A DNA stretch of 64,000 nt, taken from Dimorphilus gyrociliatus. Its lineage: Eukaryota > Animalia > Annelida. Below the pieces are notes generated by a model. It had not been told where the DNA came from. It was given only the letters and a program-made list of their open reading frames with translations, and made no database searches. The stretch lies in NCBI GenBank assembly GCA_904063045.1, contig CAJFCJ010000017.1, positions 186,001-250,000 of the forward strand, read 5' to 3'. Positions within the stretch are counted from its first letter, which is position 1. Each line of letters begins with the position of its first letter. Of this stretch, positions 13,526 to 26,307 are shown in pieces. The position numbers were made by a program, and so were the translations under genes.

Positions 13526-15286
13526 ATGTCGCAAGTAGGGACGATGACGATTGAGAAGCCTATTACTAGCTACGAAAGCAATTCAGATCTTGATTCAAGG
13601 AGAGAATCTGCATCAAAGTTAGTTCAATTCAGAATTGGATTGAATAACTTCTATCAAAATAACACTTCGGCCGTAATAAAATTAATTCTACTAATTTTGC
13701 TAATTGGATATTCCGTCTATTTTGGTTTAGCCATAAGACATAGCGTCAGTGGGGCAAAACCGTTAATAGTCATAACGTCCATAGTCGTTTTCTTTCTGAT
13801 TTACTACGCACTCAAAGCTGTGTTTGGTAAGAAAATCTATAAATCAGTTTTGAAGCCCATGGAACAGGCATTTAGAAGAAATTCGACGTGGATTAAATAT
13901 ATAGTCATACCTCTTGTTGCAATTGGAATTGTATTCTTTTTGGCGTTTAGCGTCGTTAAAGAGGTGCGTCAACTCCAGTCATTGTCCGGAGTAGTTGCAT
14001 TTGTCTTAATACTCTATACATTTTCAATGTATCCCGATAAAGTCAACTGGAGGCCGGTTATTTGGGGTTTCTTTCTACAGTTTGTTATGGGTGTAATTGT
14101 TCTTCGATGGAGACACGGCTATAACGCAGTCAATTGGCTATCAAATCAAATAACGAAATTTATCAACTACTCTAACGAGGGTGCCGCCGCAGTTTTTGGA
14201 GATCCATTCCTACTCTTTCATCCCTTCGTTTTCGTTGGTATGCCCATGTTGATTTACGTTGGAGCTGTTATGAGTATCCTCTACTATTACGGTCTAACTC
14301 AAAGAGCTGCCGGCCAAGTTGGTTGGGTTATGCAATTGACACTGGGCACAACCGCTGTAGAGACGCTTAGTGTATCCGCAAATATTTTTCTTAATGGAAT
14401 GGATACAATGCTTATGTTGCGTCCGTATTTGGATAGATTAACAAAATCCGAATTTCATTGCTTTCTCGTTGGAAACCATTCGACAGTTGCCGGTTTCGCT
14501 TTTGCAATTTTTGTTCTTATGGGAGCACCACCCCAACATCTTTTATCAGCGGCAGTAATGTCGGCACCGGCTGCAATCGCAATTTCGAAACTCAGCTATC
14601 CCGAAACTGAAGAGAGTACTACAAAAACGCAAAAAGACGTTCAAGTTGAAAAGAGTTCAGAGACTAATGTAATGGAAGCTGCAGCCAACGGAGCTGGTAT
14701 TGCGGGAAAGACAGTCATGGCTGTTGTAGTAAATATGTTAGCTTTTATCTCAATGCTGGGTTTTATAAACTCAACTTTAGCCTGGCTGGGAAATAGGGTT
14801 GGAATTGTTCAGTTAAGCTTTCAAAAGATCTGCTCCTATCTACTGTATCCTGTTAGTATATTGATGGGTATAGAACCTGGTGACGCTAAGGAAGTCGGTT
14901 CTTTGTTAGGCTTTAAAGTATTTACTTCAGAGCTATTAGCCTATCAAGAATTAGGAGATTCAATTTCCGCTAATAGACTTTCTAGGAGATCCGCAGCTAT
15001 TGCAACTTACGCCCTCTGTGGTTTTAGTGGCTTATCAAACTTGGCTATTGCTGTGGGTGTTTGGAATGCTGTCTGCCCTTCGAAAACTAGAGAAATGGCG
15101 AAGCAAATGATTAGAGCTGTAGTAAATGCAAACGTCGCCTGTTTTATGACCGCATGCGTCGCTGGTCTCTTGTACAATCCAGATTTTAGTGCACCAGCCC
15201 AGGGAGACAACGCCATCGGTTCACTTTTAAACTCAATTCTCGGTCTTATACCATCTTTTAAAGATTTAACAAGCCTACTTGATTAA
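13526..15286 (+). CDS. SLC28: SLC28/CNT-family nucleoside transporter-like, intronless, 586 aa
   Basis: Family motifs: VNWRPVIWGFFLQFVMG, EGAAAVFG, TTAVETLSVSANIF, LTKSEFH, HLLSAAVMSAPAAIAISKLSYPE, LGFKVFTSELLAY, IATYALCGF. Confidence 0.92.
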   Translation: MSQVGTMTIEKPITSYESNSDLDSRRESASKLVQFRIGLNNFYQNNTSAVIKLILLILLIGYSVYFGLAIRHSVSGAKPLIVITSIVVFFLIYYALKAVFGKKIYKSVLKPMEQAFRRNSTWIKYIVIPLVAIGIVFFLAFSVVKEVRQLQSLSGVVAFVLILYTFSMYPDKVNWRPVIWGFFLQFVMGVIVLRWRHGYNAVNWLSNQITKFINYSNEGAAAVFGDPFLLFHPFVFVGMPMLIYVGAVMSILYYYGLTQRAAGQVGWVMQLTLGTTAVETLSVSANIFLNGMDTMLMLRPYLDRLTKSEFHCFLVGNHSTVAGFAFAIFVLMGAPPQHLLSAAVMSAPAAIAISKLSYPETEESTTKTQKDVQVEKSSETNVMEAAANGAGIAGKTVMAVVVNMLAFISMLGFINSTLAWLGNRVGIVQLSFQKICSYLLYPVSILMGIEPGDAKEVGSLLGFKVFTSELLAYQELGDSISANRLSRRSAAIATYALCGFSGLSNLAIAVGVWNAVCPSKTREMAKQMIRAVVNANVACFMTACVAGLLYNPDFSAPAQGDNAIGSLLNSILGLIPSFKDLTSLLD

Positions 15287-15352
15287 CGAACAAATAGAAA
15301 AAAGAAATGTAGATAGGGAAAAAGAAAAAAAAAGAGAGAGAGAGAGAGAGGG

Positions 15353-15404
15353 GGGAGGGAGGGAGGGAGGGAGGGAGGGAGGGAGGGAGGGAGGGAGGGA
15401 GGGA
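15353..15404 (+). repeat. (GGGA)13 microsatellite preceded by (GA)n; G-quadruplex-capable
   Basis: Read directly; 67 bp downstream of the CNT-like stop codon. Confidence 0.95.
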
Positions 15405-18400
15405 GGTAGGCAAAAAGGTAAACTTATTAATTTTTAAGCAAAGCTTGAACATTTTGAACATTTTATTTTTTGCTGCAGTTGTTCTTTATTATGTTTATTA
15501 TTGTTTTTAATGTTGATAAAAAACACAAGTGTCATATACAATTTATTATTTAAGTCTATAAATAACAATATTTTTTATTGTTTTTATTAAAAAGAAAGGA
15601 AAAAAACAAATCTTTCACTGATGATAATTGTTTCTTGTAATTCTCTTCTTCTTCTTTTTTTTAATAGAATGTATGAGAAACATGGAATTTGTGCCAAAAT
15701 AGAATAAGATGTTTGTTTTCTATGTGTTAATTTATTTTTTAGCTTATTAATAATCTATTCATTTTATATAAGAAATATATATATAAAAAATCTTTTATTC
15801 AATACATTAAAATCACCTAGAATGATTTATATATAATCCATTCATACTATACAATTACTATTAAAGATTGCGGATCTAGCAAATGGTAAATTTTACCTTG
15901 CCGGCTATCATAGATAGCAAAGGTTAATTATTTTTTTTCTAAAGAGTAGGCGCGACCTAAATTGTTAAAGATATCTTATATGAAATGAACAATTTAACTG
16001 ATAACAATTACCGTTTTATCTTTACGGTTGGGATATTATTTTTTGTTTTTTTGCACACCAACATTATACATATCCATACTGAATGATAATGCGTTCAAGT
16101 TATTCCCGTTATGTTTTTACTATTATATCTAATGCATTTACTTGACTCTCTTCTTGAAAATTTGTTAATCTTATAGTGTAAAAATTCGGTGAAAAACAAT
16201 AGATAAGAATATTCAAGAGAAAATCAACTAGCTATTCAACTATGAACTCTTTTAGCTAGTGAAGTAATCTTTTGTTAATGATAAATTCTATTAAAGATTA
16301 ATATGTCGTGTTGACCTAATATCCGGTTGTACTAATTACTTTCCATACTTTTAAAGAAGGTTATCTTTTAATACGTCTTTAATGAAATAATTGAATAAAT
16401 CTAAAAGTAAAAGTATTAAACGATAGAATGGAAAAGAAACAGACAGTTGTAGTTGTTTAATTAATAGTTTTCTTATAAACTTATTAAAGTTACTCGGTTC
16501 TATTTTTCATTTCTATTAAAAATTATCTAGTACCGTTTTTACACGGCGACTTAACATAAATCTTATTTTTTGCTTTATCAGTGATAAGATTTGGAAAAAC
16601 TAATTTCATTGCTAACAATGACTAGCGATAATTTATTTTATTATATGATACTTTTTAATTTACTGGATTATTTAATATAGGCCTAATCTTTGGAAAGATG
16701 TACAATTTACAATAAAGTATCACTAGAATAAAGGAAGTATTCTAGTTTATCTTGTTTGTAAGAGTGTTTTTAGAGTATTACTTTCGAAGAACTATCAATA
16801 CATTTTCACTTTTACTCTTATTCATATATAAATTGAAAGAGAAGTATTATGATATGTTTTCATTCTAAAACTTGTAGGATTTAGTTTACTAAAATCCATA
16901 CTAATATGAATTCTCTGTTTTAGAACAGTATGTACGTTTATGTATTTATTCCTTCGTCAATATATTTTTGTATGAATGGACTCTGGACAATAAATAAGAA
17001 TTCTTGTTAAAAAGTATAAATAATTCAAATATCGAACTGAGGGAATAAATTAATGATTTCACTGACTGAAACGTTAAAAAGTATAAACCATAACTGATGA
17101 GCAATATAAAAATCCTTTTGAATGTTCTACTATTCAGCCTGCTAGTGTTAATAGCATTCAATACCTTTTCATGATAGGCATTCATCAACGTTTAAGTCAA
17201 TCTGATCGTTTTATATAGGAAATTGTTGCATACACTTCAAGTAAACAAATTTCTTACTAATCTACTCTTTTTTACAGGAATTAGCGGTTATTGCTGAAGT
17301 CTGCAGAGCAGAGATGATAGAGTTATGGGTAAGCCACTTTTTGGATATTGCCCAATCTCCCTTAAGGCAGAACACCAAGAGATTCACTCACACTCTAACC
17401 TTTAGGCTAAGGTTTTAGTGTGGCTATTGGGAACTATTATCTAGAAAAGCTGTTCCTAGCCAACTGTACCTAATTCAAATTCTCAAAAAGAGTAGGAAGA
17501 ATTCAAATTGCAGTTGATCACTTTACACACAATTAGGGGTTGAAGGGTTAGCTTTAGGAAGAATACCAATGATTTTTAAAACGCTATAGCAATTTTCATA
17601 ATTTTCATAATAAATTCAAAAAAGTCATCTTCTACCTCCTTTGCTGTAAGTTTTCTCTCTTATCAAGAGTCTTTGTCGCTTTTTAAAACAAATTTTTGTA
17701 ATAGAGAAGATAAGATAATAATGCTTTAACAATTCACGCATACTTAACACTGAATACATTTTTATGTGTGAATGTTTGGGGTTAAGATTATATAAGATAT
17801 AACTATCGAACTAGGCTAAATTTTGGTAACAAAACAAGTAATTTAACAATAGGCTATAGTTTGTATAATCTTTTCGCCAATCCGAAATTGTTTGATCTTC
17901 TTAACGATACTTTTACCGACTCCTTCTTCAAACTCAAATAAACGGAGAGTGTTCAGAAGCTATGTCTATCTATCTATTACAGATAGATCTATTAATAAGA
18001 GGCCTAAGAGAAACAACATTAAAAAAGAGACAAAAATGATTTTCTTATCATTAAAGATGTATTTATAAAGTTCATGAGGAAAATTGCCCTTTTTTAATAC
18101 AACTGTTCGTAAGAATTCGCCTGGTAGTGGTTCAATTTGCTCTTTATGCTTTTGTCGAAACACAAATCATGATCATGCATTCACCGCTAGGCTTCCTTTC
18201 TATTGTACCAGTTGCCCGATATTAATAAGAGAGGGGAGAAGACTTCTATTATTTCTCTAAGAGTAATTATACATTCCGAGTAGGTAAAACTTGCCTCTTA
18301 AGCTCATTTCCTATTTGAATGGCAAATAGTAATAGCAAAATCTTAATATATCAATATAATAGAACCATATTACAGGCAGTTGAACGCCGTAACCCCCAGA

Positions 18401-18500
18401 TATATTTAAATGCTAACAAACAAATATCATTTTATAGTTAAAGCGAGTTTCTTTAACTTATTATTAATAAGAACGAAAAAAACGCAAAATATAAATAAAT

Positions 18501-18544
18501 AAACAAACAACAAACAAATAAACAAACAAACAAACAAACAAACA
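18501..18544. repeat. Imperfect (AAAC)n microsatellite
   Basis: Read directly. Confidence 0.85.
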
Positions 18545-19205
18545 GAATTTGAGTTTAGTTACATATCATCGCAAATATTTTTCTATTTATATACGTGTGT
18601 ATTTATAAATAGACATTAGGCCTATTTCCAAAGCTCTAACCTCTAGATCGTCACTCTCTTTCCTTTCTACTCTAACTTGAATAACTAATTAATAACGGAA
18701 GAAAAGAAAGTACTTTAATATTTAAATATATTTGAAAGAATTGATGTTGTTGTTCTTTTCTTCCTTCTCTCTTCTCTTCTTCTTCTTCTTCTTCTTTAGA
18801 GAATTTCTGTGTCATTCTATAATTCCTCTATCAACTCATATATAAGTTTATTATGAATAATTCCTAATAGGTTATAACAGATAAGCTTTCCACAGTATTA
18901 TATAATTTCTATTGTGGATAATACATGGCCTACGTGCACAAGGGTAATATAAATACGCTCAACCATTCGAGATTTCTAAATCTATTGTTTACAGAATGTA
19001 ACTTTGAACGTGCGTTTCATCTATTCTTCTCACCCTTTAACTTATACAGACTACGAAATAAAGTTAGGCTGAATTTTTTGAAGGTCGTTAGTAGGTTGCG
19101 TTCTGTTCAGAGAGGCGTACGTTATTCTGACCTTCGCCAGCGTACTCACATCTACGTTCTCTATACTCTGTTTCATTTTAGATATAAAGTGGTATTACGT
19201 CTAAT

Positions 19206-20157
19206 ATGGGAGGAATTGTAAGTTACCTATTTAGTTTTTGGAACCAAGAAGATACATTGGACGAATCAACGGGACTGCGTCTTTCGCAAAAGCGTCATAT
19301 TGTTTCTAGTTGGTCAATAATTGAAAAAGATCTAAAAGGAAATGGTGTAGAACTATTTATAACGTAAGTATAAGAGAGAAGATTTCTAGTAAGCGAATGT
19401 CTCAAAATGTAGATCGTGTATAGTCGATTGATATGGGAAAGTATCCTATACATAAAACTATACACCTTAATATCTGTATCTATATTTGTATATTGCGCTT
19501 ATAACTTTCCTCGTTCTAGATAAAAGTTTTCGTTTCAGCTTATTCACAATGTATCCAGAAACTCAGAATATGTTTAAACGGCTCAAGAACAAATCTGTAG
19601 AAGAGTTAAGGAAGAGTGCTGCATTAAGGGCTCATGGTCTTGATTTTAATCGAATGCTTTCAGCGTTTGTCGAGAACCTAGACGATGTTGAATGCTTGGT
19701 TAACCTAATACAAAAAGTTGTTCTTTCTCATCTACCAAGAAAAATTGGTCCAGACGAATATTTAGTAAGTAAAAATCAATGAAATATATCAACATTTCAA
19801 TTACTTAGTTACGTACTATTCAAAGTATTTTTGTGTTTTAAGCGAAGAATTAGGTCTATGTAATAATATTGAATAGTTAAAATATTTAGCGCTAGGAGAG
19901 GAAAGTATAAAATAGAAGTAAACAAGTATAAAACTATAACAATAGACGTGGATAGTTTGGTTTGGTATTTTTTTGCATAAAGTAATAACGAAATATTTTG
20001 TATTTAATAGGTTGTTGCGAAAGTTTTTCACGCCTTTATGAAAATGAAAATTGGCTCTCTCTACACCCCAGCTGTACAAGAATCTTGGGATATTGTATTC
20101 GGAGTTATTCATAAGATATCCGTTGACGAGTTGAAGAAATATAATAAGGATCAATAG
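19206..20157 (+). CDS. Globin (globin X-like/invertebrate acylated type), 176 aa, three exons
   Basis: Exons 19206-19363, 19539-19764, 20011-20157, with introns at the canonical B12.2 and G7.0 positions. TrpA12 (SSW), ProC2 (YPE), PheCD1 (NMF), HisE7 (RAHG), HisF8 (LSHL), H helix (QESWDIVF). N-terminus MGGIVS. Confidence 0.92.
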
Positions 20158-20829
20158 ATTACGAAGAGATTAAAGAATATTGCTTAAGAGACCAACTAGA
20201 GTGAAATGAATGATGTTTTTAACAAGCTTGCCCTGTGACTCTTTTTATTTTCCGTTTTATTTCAAAAATGTTAACTTAGTAATTAACTAATTAATTACAC
20301 TCCTAGCCAATTGAACTAGTAGTTTACGTACACATGCACACATACACACTAATAGTACACTAATATATATTAATAACTTTGTTTAATGTCAATGTTTTTG
20401 TACTTTATATATTGTTATTTATATATATAACATCAATGCTAATTCATAGGTGTTTTTTTATAGAGTAGATTTATTAAATACAATTTTAAATAAACTCTCT
20501 TTTCGCTTCTTATATCTCCATTAAATAGTATTTTCTCTTATTTTAATTCTTTATACTAAATAATACCAATACATTGATTTCTTTGTTTTACGATAGTAGA
20601 GAGAAACATTTATAGCCAGCTGTTGGTTTTCATCTAAAGAGGTCTATAGGCCTATTTCTATTCCTTTAAGCAAATTTTGGATTCAGTTTGCTTTTTAATT
20701 GAATGTTTAATAATCTTAAAAAATAACAGAAAAATAGTGCGCCAAAAATATCAATATAACCTTAAATAACTAGTTTATCTTTGTTTTATTTGTTAAATTT
20801 TTACATTTTGTATAATATCCTATCCTGTC

Positions 20830-21300
20830 ACCTTTGTTGGCAATAATCTGCCAAACTCTATCTCCCACTCTTTCGTACAAATGTTTTACCCTCAACATTG
20901 GAAAAATTGTCCCATGAATGAATTCAAAGTAAATTTCTTCAGTGATGTTACAGGGAAGTCTTTGGATGAAAACTTTACCATCTGAGGGTATACACCCCCA
21001 CACAGTCACTCCTCCTCCACCAACAGGGAGCTTATCCCTAGAGAGTCTTGGCCTATCATCAAGTTGCCAAGTTATTAGGTGGTCTGGGCCATTCTAGGTC
21101 AAACCGAGACTCATCAGTAAAGATCACTTTATTGAAATTAACCTGTTGATTGATCCATCCGCCTACTAAAGCCATTTGAGTATTTTTAGCTCTTGTTGAT
21201 AATAGGCATATTTTTGGGACAGCTAGATAGCTTGCTCCTTGTTGGTTTAGAATCCTTTGGATAGCTCTCTTTGAGATCTCCAGCCCTAAATTCTGCTTGA
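20830..21300 (-). mobile_element. Degenerate Tc1/mariner transposase remnant
   Basis: Minus strand reads WINQQVNFNKVIFTDESRF (first catalytic D; ~21130-21101), then after a frameshift and stops GGGGVTVWGCI...YFEFIHGTIFP. These match the Tc1 motifs V.FSDES.F and GGGSVMVWGC. No TIRs recognised; boundaries approximate. Confidence 0.7.
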
Positions 21301-21907
21301 TTTTTCAGACAAAAAACATGTTTATATGGATATTTATGGCGCACTTTAAAATATATAAGATAATTGCGAAAAAATACTATGTATTCTATGCCTGATAGAT
21401 GGCGTTTGATGTAAAGCACGTTCTTGCTCCATATTACAGATAATGATAAATCATAATCGATATCTTTTAGTATAGTTCAACTATCATTAAAAAAAGATTC
21501 ATCAAAATTTCTTATAGTCAAAGAATATAGTTAGAAAACAGTAATTGATGAAAAGTTATCATGTGACCAACTTTTATAGGGCTATAATTAATATTTATAA
21601 TATACTGTATATACTATATATATATATAATTAATGAAACTATTAAAAGTAAGTAAAAGATTTAGATATAGAAAAGGTGAACGTTCTAAAAATGAATGGAA
21701 AATTTGTTTTGAATATTCAAGTCGTAAAATCTTTTTACATTGTCATTATTATTATCATTTATTTATCAAACATCATCTAACCATTTATTTGCATATTCGA
21801 ATAGAATGCATGAATACATGAATGCATGAATGAATGAATAAATAATATTGTTTATACCATTAATTGTTTGTTCAAAATAATATAAATAACGTAACGACCA
21901 TAGATAA

Positions 21908-21910
<3 letters not shown>

Positions 21911-21940
<30 letters not shown>
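21911..21940. repeat. (CT)15 microsatellite
   Basis: Read directly. Confidence 0.95.
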
Positions 21941-21944
<4 letters not shown>

Positions 21945-23492
21945 AATTCAATTCAAAACGTTTCGTTTTCGCTTATTTCCTTAAGTTTAGTCTGTGTTTT
22001 AAAACAAGCGTAGTAATCTTTATCGCAAGTTGACAAACAATCGTTATAATCATTTCCTAAATCATTCAAACTTTCAAAACTCTTGTCATCGTACATTTGT
22101 TGATAATTCGCCGAGCATAACATGGAACAATACTAATAGGGGGATAGACAGAATAATGGTAATAATACAACTAATTAAGAAATTAAATGTTACCTCTATT
22201 TCTCTTTTACAAATTGCCCATATTAGATTATTTCTTTGAGACGTATCGGGTAATTTTAATAGAAATATTAAAATAATCTATATTATTATAAAGATAAGAA
22301 AGAGTTAAAAAAGGATAAAGATTGCAAAAACTTACAAAAAGTTGAAATTTTCCGTTCATCGTCAACAGATATTTAGTAGTGAAATGAATAGAAAAAATGG
22401 TAGAATATTCATTTTATATAAAATAAACGAAAGGGAAAAATTACAATTTGGGAAGTTAGCAATTTAGATAACAATTTTCTATAAATGACTTATCAGTATT
22501 TAACTTACAAACTACATTTAACAACCTTTTAAACTGTCAATTTTTAAGCTCTTTTTCATGTTTTGTGTTATGTTTATAAAGTATCTCCCTTTTGAATGAT
22601 TACTTTTAAAGTTGTTATTAAAAATTATAAAGAAATTATACAAACCAAAACTGCTGACAAACTACTACAAACTACTTTAATTAATAGATTAAAAGGATTG
22701 TTACACTTAAGATATTCAAGTATTGAATTAAAGATAAAGAAAACTTTGCATTAAATTTCACATTTCTTAGATAATATTTCATTTGAACTTGGTATATTAT
22801 TATTATTTTCAATATACAGTATAACGATAACATTGAGAGATTATGAATAAATATTTTGTTAGATCATTTTTTTATTATTATTAATTATTATACTATTTAT
22901 TTTAACATTATCTTAATAAATAGTTGATCTAATTTCTAGCCTCTCATTGTCCTACATGAACTATGCGAGATTTATAGAATGAACTTATTTTTTGAACAGT
23001 TGTACTAACTCTACTAGTACGAGTTTAGTATCTTTCGTACAGAATTCAGACTATAAGAGTATCTATATATACTGTATATATTATGTCTTACTTTTCACTT
23101 TGATTGATTGATTTTTAATTATTGTTTACAGGCAGGAAACCTTCATTTTCAGAATGAAGAATGGAAATACTTAGATAAATCGTATTGTCACAATGAACTA
23201 TGTATTATTCACAGTTTTTCTTCTAGTAAGTTTTCATCTCCATCTCTCAATCTTTAGCTAAAAACATTCAAGTCAACACCTAACTATAATATTAACTATA
23301 GACTATATTAACATAAAACATGTCAGAAAATAGAAACGTAATAGTTTGTTTATAGTCAAATCTGTTTGTGTGTTTGTTTGTATTGTTTTCTTCGGTTGTT
23401 TTAAAGGGAAGGTACTACTTTAAAAAAGTCGGTTAAAGCTTGTTCGGAGTTAGGACTATCATGATATTTCTATGATGTTCGTTTAGTGAGAT

Positions 23493-24048
23493 TCAATCTA
23501 TATTGGAAAGAAAAGTGAAATGTACAGTCTTTTTGTCTATTTGAATACAAACGATATAAACCTTCTTCGCTTGAATGCTCATTTTCTGAAGAGCTTGTTT
23601 CAAGAGTTATATCTATAGAAAAACTATTATAATTACTATTTGAAATATTTTACAAAGATTCACCAATTTCATCATCCGATTCCAGAAGAGTGGCGTCTAA
23701 TAAAAAAGAAAAAGAAAAAATCTTGCAAAGAGACGCTTTATAAATATTAATTAATAAATTCAATAAACAAACCGTTTTTGAGATAATTTCCTCTCTGTTC
23801 TATAAATGAAAGAAAATGTTTTAATTAACCAATTACGTAACTAATAAGAAAGTTTTAAAAAATGTAGGAATAGGAAATTTAATATACTTTGTTATGGAAG
23901 AGAAGATAATTATAATTTATACAAGATATTATTAATCAATCAATATTCTACATTTGTCATTGACCTAAATTAAACTTGTATTTTGTTCTTAAAGTACACG
24001 AGAACTATTCTTAATTGTAGATAAATGCTTACTCTGCATACCTTATAC

Positions 24049-24097
<49 letters not shown>

Positions 24098-25260
24098 TGT
24101 ATATACTGTATAGTCTATGTCGTTGTTATCTTTATATTTTTCTGTAATATCTTTATGTACTTTAAAATATTCGTAATCTTTTTGTTACTTTACATCAAAA
24201 TAATTTTATCAGCTCTGAGTGCGCAACAAAAAGTATAAGTTGAAATATTACTAAAGTATTACTTCACTTCTTCCCTCTCTCTCTCTCTCTCTTCCTCCTC
24301 CTCCCTTCCGTTGTTAATAATTTAATTAAATAAAGAAATGATTAATATACCTTGTAGTATATTATTTACTGTCTTCTTTGGAGATGATGCTATTTAAAAA
24401 TTGAAAAGAAATTTGTTAGTATTCTATATTATATATATATAGATATATACCGTAATATCTATAATTTGCCTTTATAAAGTTTAATTGAGCGAAAAAGCTT
24501 AATCTTTTTTCGCTATTCAATCTTTCCTGTTGCAATCTTCTATTATATTTCATAAAGAAGCACACAACGAGACTTGTGAAACACGGTATAAATATGATTA
24601 GTAGTATTACTTCAAGCTTAGTTATTCTTTTTGTCTTTCTTGAGATTGTGTTACAGAGAATTCCTTGTCTAAAACAAGCGTATTCTTCATCTGTAATAAT
24701 TTTAATTGGTCGTACAGGTAATATTAACACTGATATATTGCAGTACAGAAGATGTTATTCTACTTACCTTGTAACGATAATGATGGAATGAATCTGGATC
24801 TTATACATCTTCTATTCATTTTATCGTATACGTAATTCTTGCTTGTACAACCGCATATAGTATCCTTTGTTTCGTTACCCTCTCTACATATACATTCCAT
24901 AAATTCCGAGCATATTTCTCTATGATTAAAGGAACAAGCTGTTTTGCAGTCGATAAAAGTTTAAAAGACAAACCTAAATTTGCATCTCTTTATTTTCCAT
25001 GATAATGGATTTAGGTCGTAAGTAGTTCTTTGCCGAAATGTTTCGACGTCTGAATACGTCTGTATTGAACACTTTTGACATTCACCACCAATATTTGTTT
25101 GATTACAGGGCGTAGGTTCGAATCCTTTTGAACAAATCGTCTCTGCACAAGCATACGTTTTACCACTATAATGTAAATATGGAAACGTTTTTGGATGAGT
25201 ATTCGATAGATAAGAAGGTATTAGAATGTTCAATAAAATCCAGTATACATATTTAATCAT
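23493..25260 (-). CDS. TNFR-like single-pass receptor, copy A (no death domain seen)
   Basis: Signal peptide and CRD in exon 25260-24974 (CAETICSKGFEPTPC..GGECQKCSIQTYS); exon 24919-24768 (EICSEFMECICREGNETKDTICGC); TM exon from 24729 (LEVILLIIFIPCFTSLVVCFF). Exons 3' of about 24440 are small, acidic and tentative. Confidence 0.7.
24061..24096. repeat. (TA)18 microsatellite flanked by TATACTGTATA motifs
   Basis: Read directly. Confidence 0.95.
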
Positions 25261-26307
25261 TCTTAATATCTTGAATCCCGTCAAAAAAATTAATAATAGA
25301 GTAAAGAGCTAATACTTATTTTGTTTAAATGAATATTCAAAGCATTTCAATACGATTTTCCCTAATTTGGAAAAAGAGCTAATCCCTTTATACTATCTAT
25401 AATCTGTATGCATATTCTTATAATTTCTTTACATTCCAAGTATCCAAATAATAAACATATATACAGTATATATATATGTATTTAATCACGGATAAGCAGT
25501 AAAGAAAACAGTATACAGAACGTATGAAAAATCACATCCCTCGAAGCAACAGCAACACAGTATTCTACATAACATATACATTGTTTGTTATTACTATTTC
25601 AACACACTAAATGACTTTAGCTATATAGGCTAAACTTTAAAAATATTATATTAATATCTATCGATCTTTTTCGATTATATTCTGTATTTTAGCTTTACCT
25701 ATATTTGTTTTTTTTGGCAAAAAAATCTAACCAAAACATTCTTTCTTAGATCTTTCTCTTTTCTAAAAACTAACTAAAAATAGTCTACTTATTCCTTAAT
25801 TCATATAAAACAATATCTTTAGTAACTCTGTTTATCTTATATGTTCAAGGTTTTACTTATTTTTACTCTCTACTTATAGATTTGGTGTGAAATTTTGCAA
25901 CTGCTAAACAACCATTACATTCTTTATATATTCTTCTTTATTCAATTATCTCTAACGTTTAATAGGAAGATTAAATTGAAATGGGAACCTTTTCAGTTTA
26001 GATTCAAATTATTATTATTACTATTAGATTAGATAAATGAAAAAACAAATAATATTATAAAATGTATTGTTATCTCTCTTTTCGATATAGAAATATCATT
26101 AAAACCAGGAAGAACTATAGTTAAAAATTGAATGTTTTTGGACTGAGATCAGATTTTATTGAATACGCTTATCCAAGCAATATATACTGTATTGTAAAAT
26201 AATAGGCAAATAAACAAAAAATAAATAAACAAACGAATAGATTACAAGAACAAATTGTCATCAGTTGAATCAGTTTTCATTCAATAAAGTCTTAGATTCT
26301 ACTTCTC

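Noticed and set aside
17280-17570. Higher-GC patch with integrase-like words (QEIHSH, IAVDHFT) in different frames
   Set aside because: Could be an old LTR-retrotransposon scrap, but the motifs are too short and stop-ridden to support a call.
16946-18163. Hydrophobic short ORFs 16946-17188 and 17966-18163
   Set aside because: No recognisable motif or consistent exon chain; AT-rich DNA readily yields F/L/I-rich ORFs.
23493-24440. TRAF-binding motif (SSEE) in the tail of copy A
   Set aside because: Lies in tentative micro-exons, and the 4-residue motif is common in acidic sequence.
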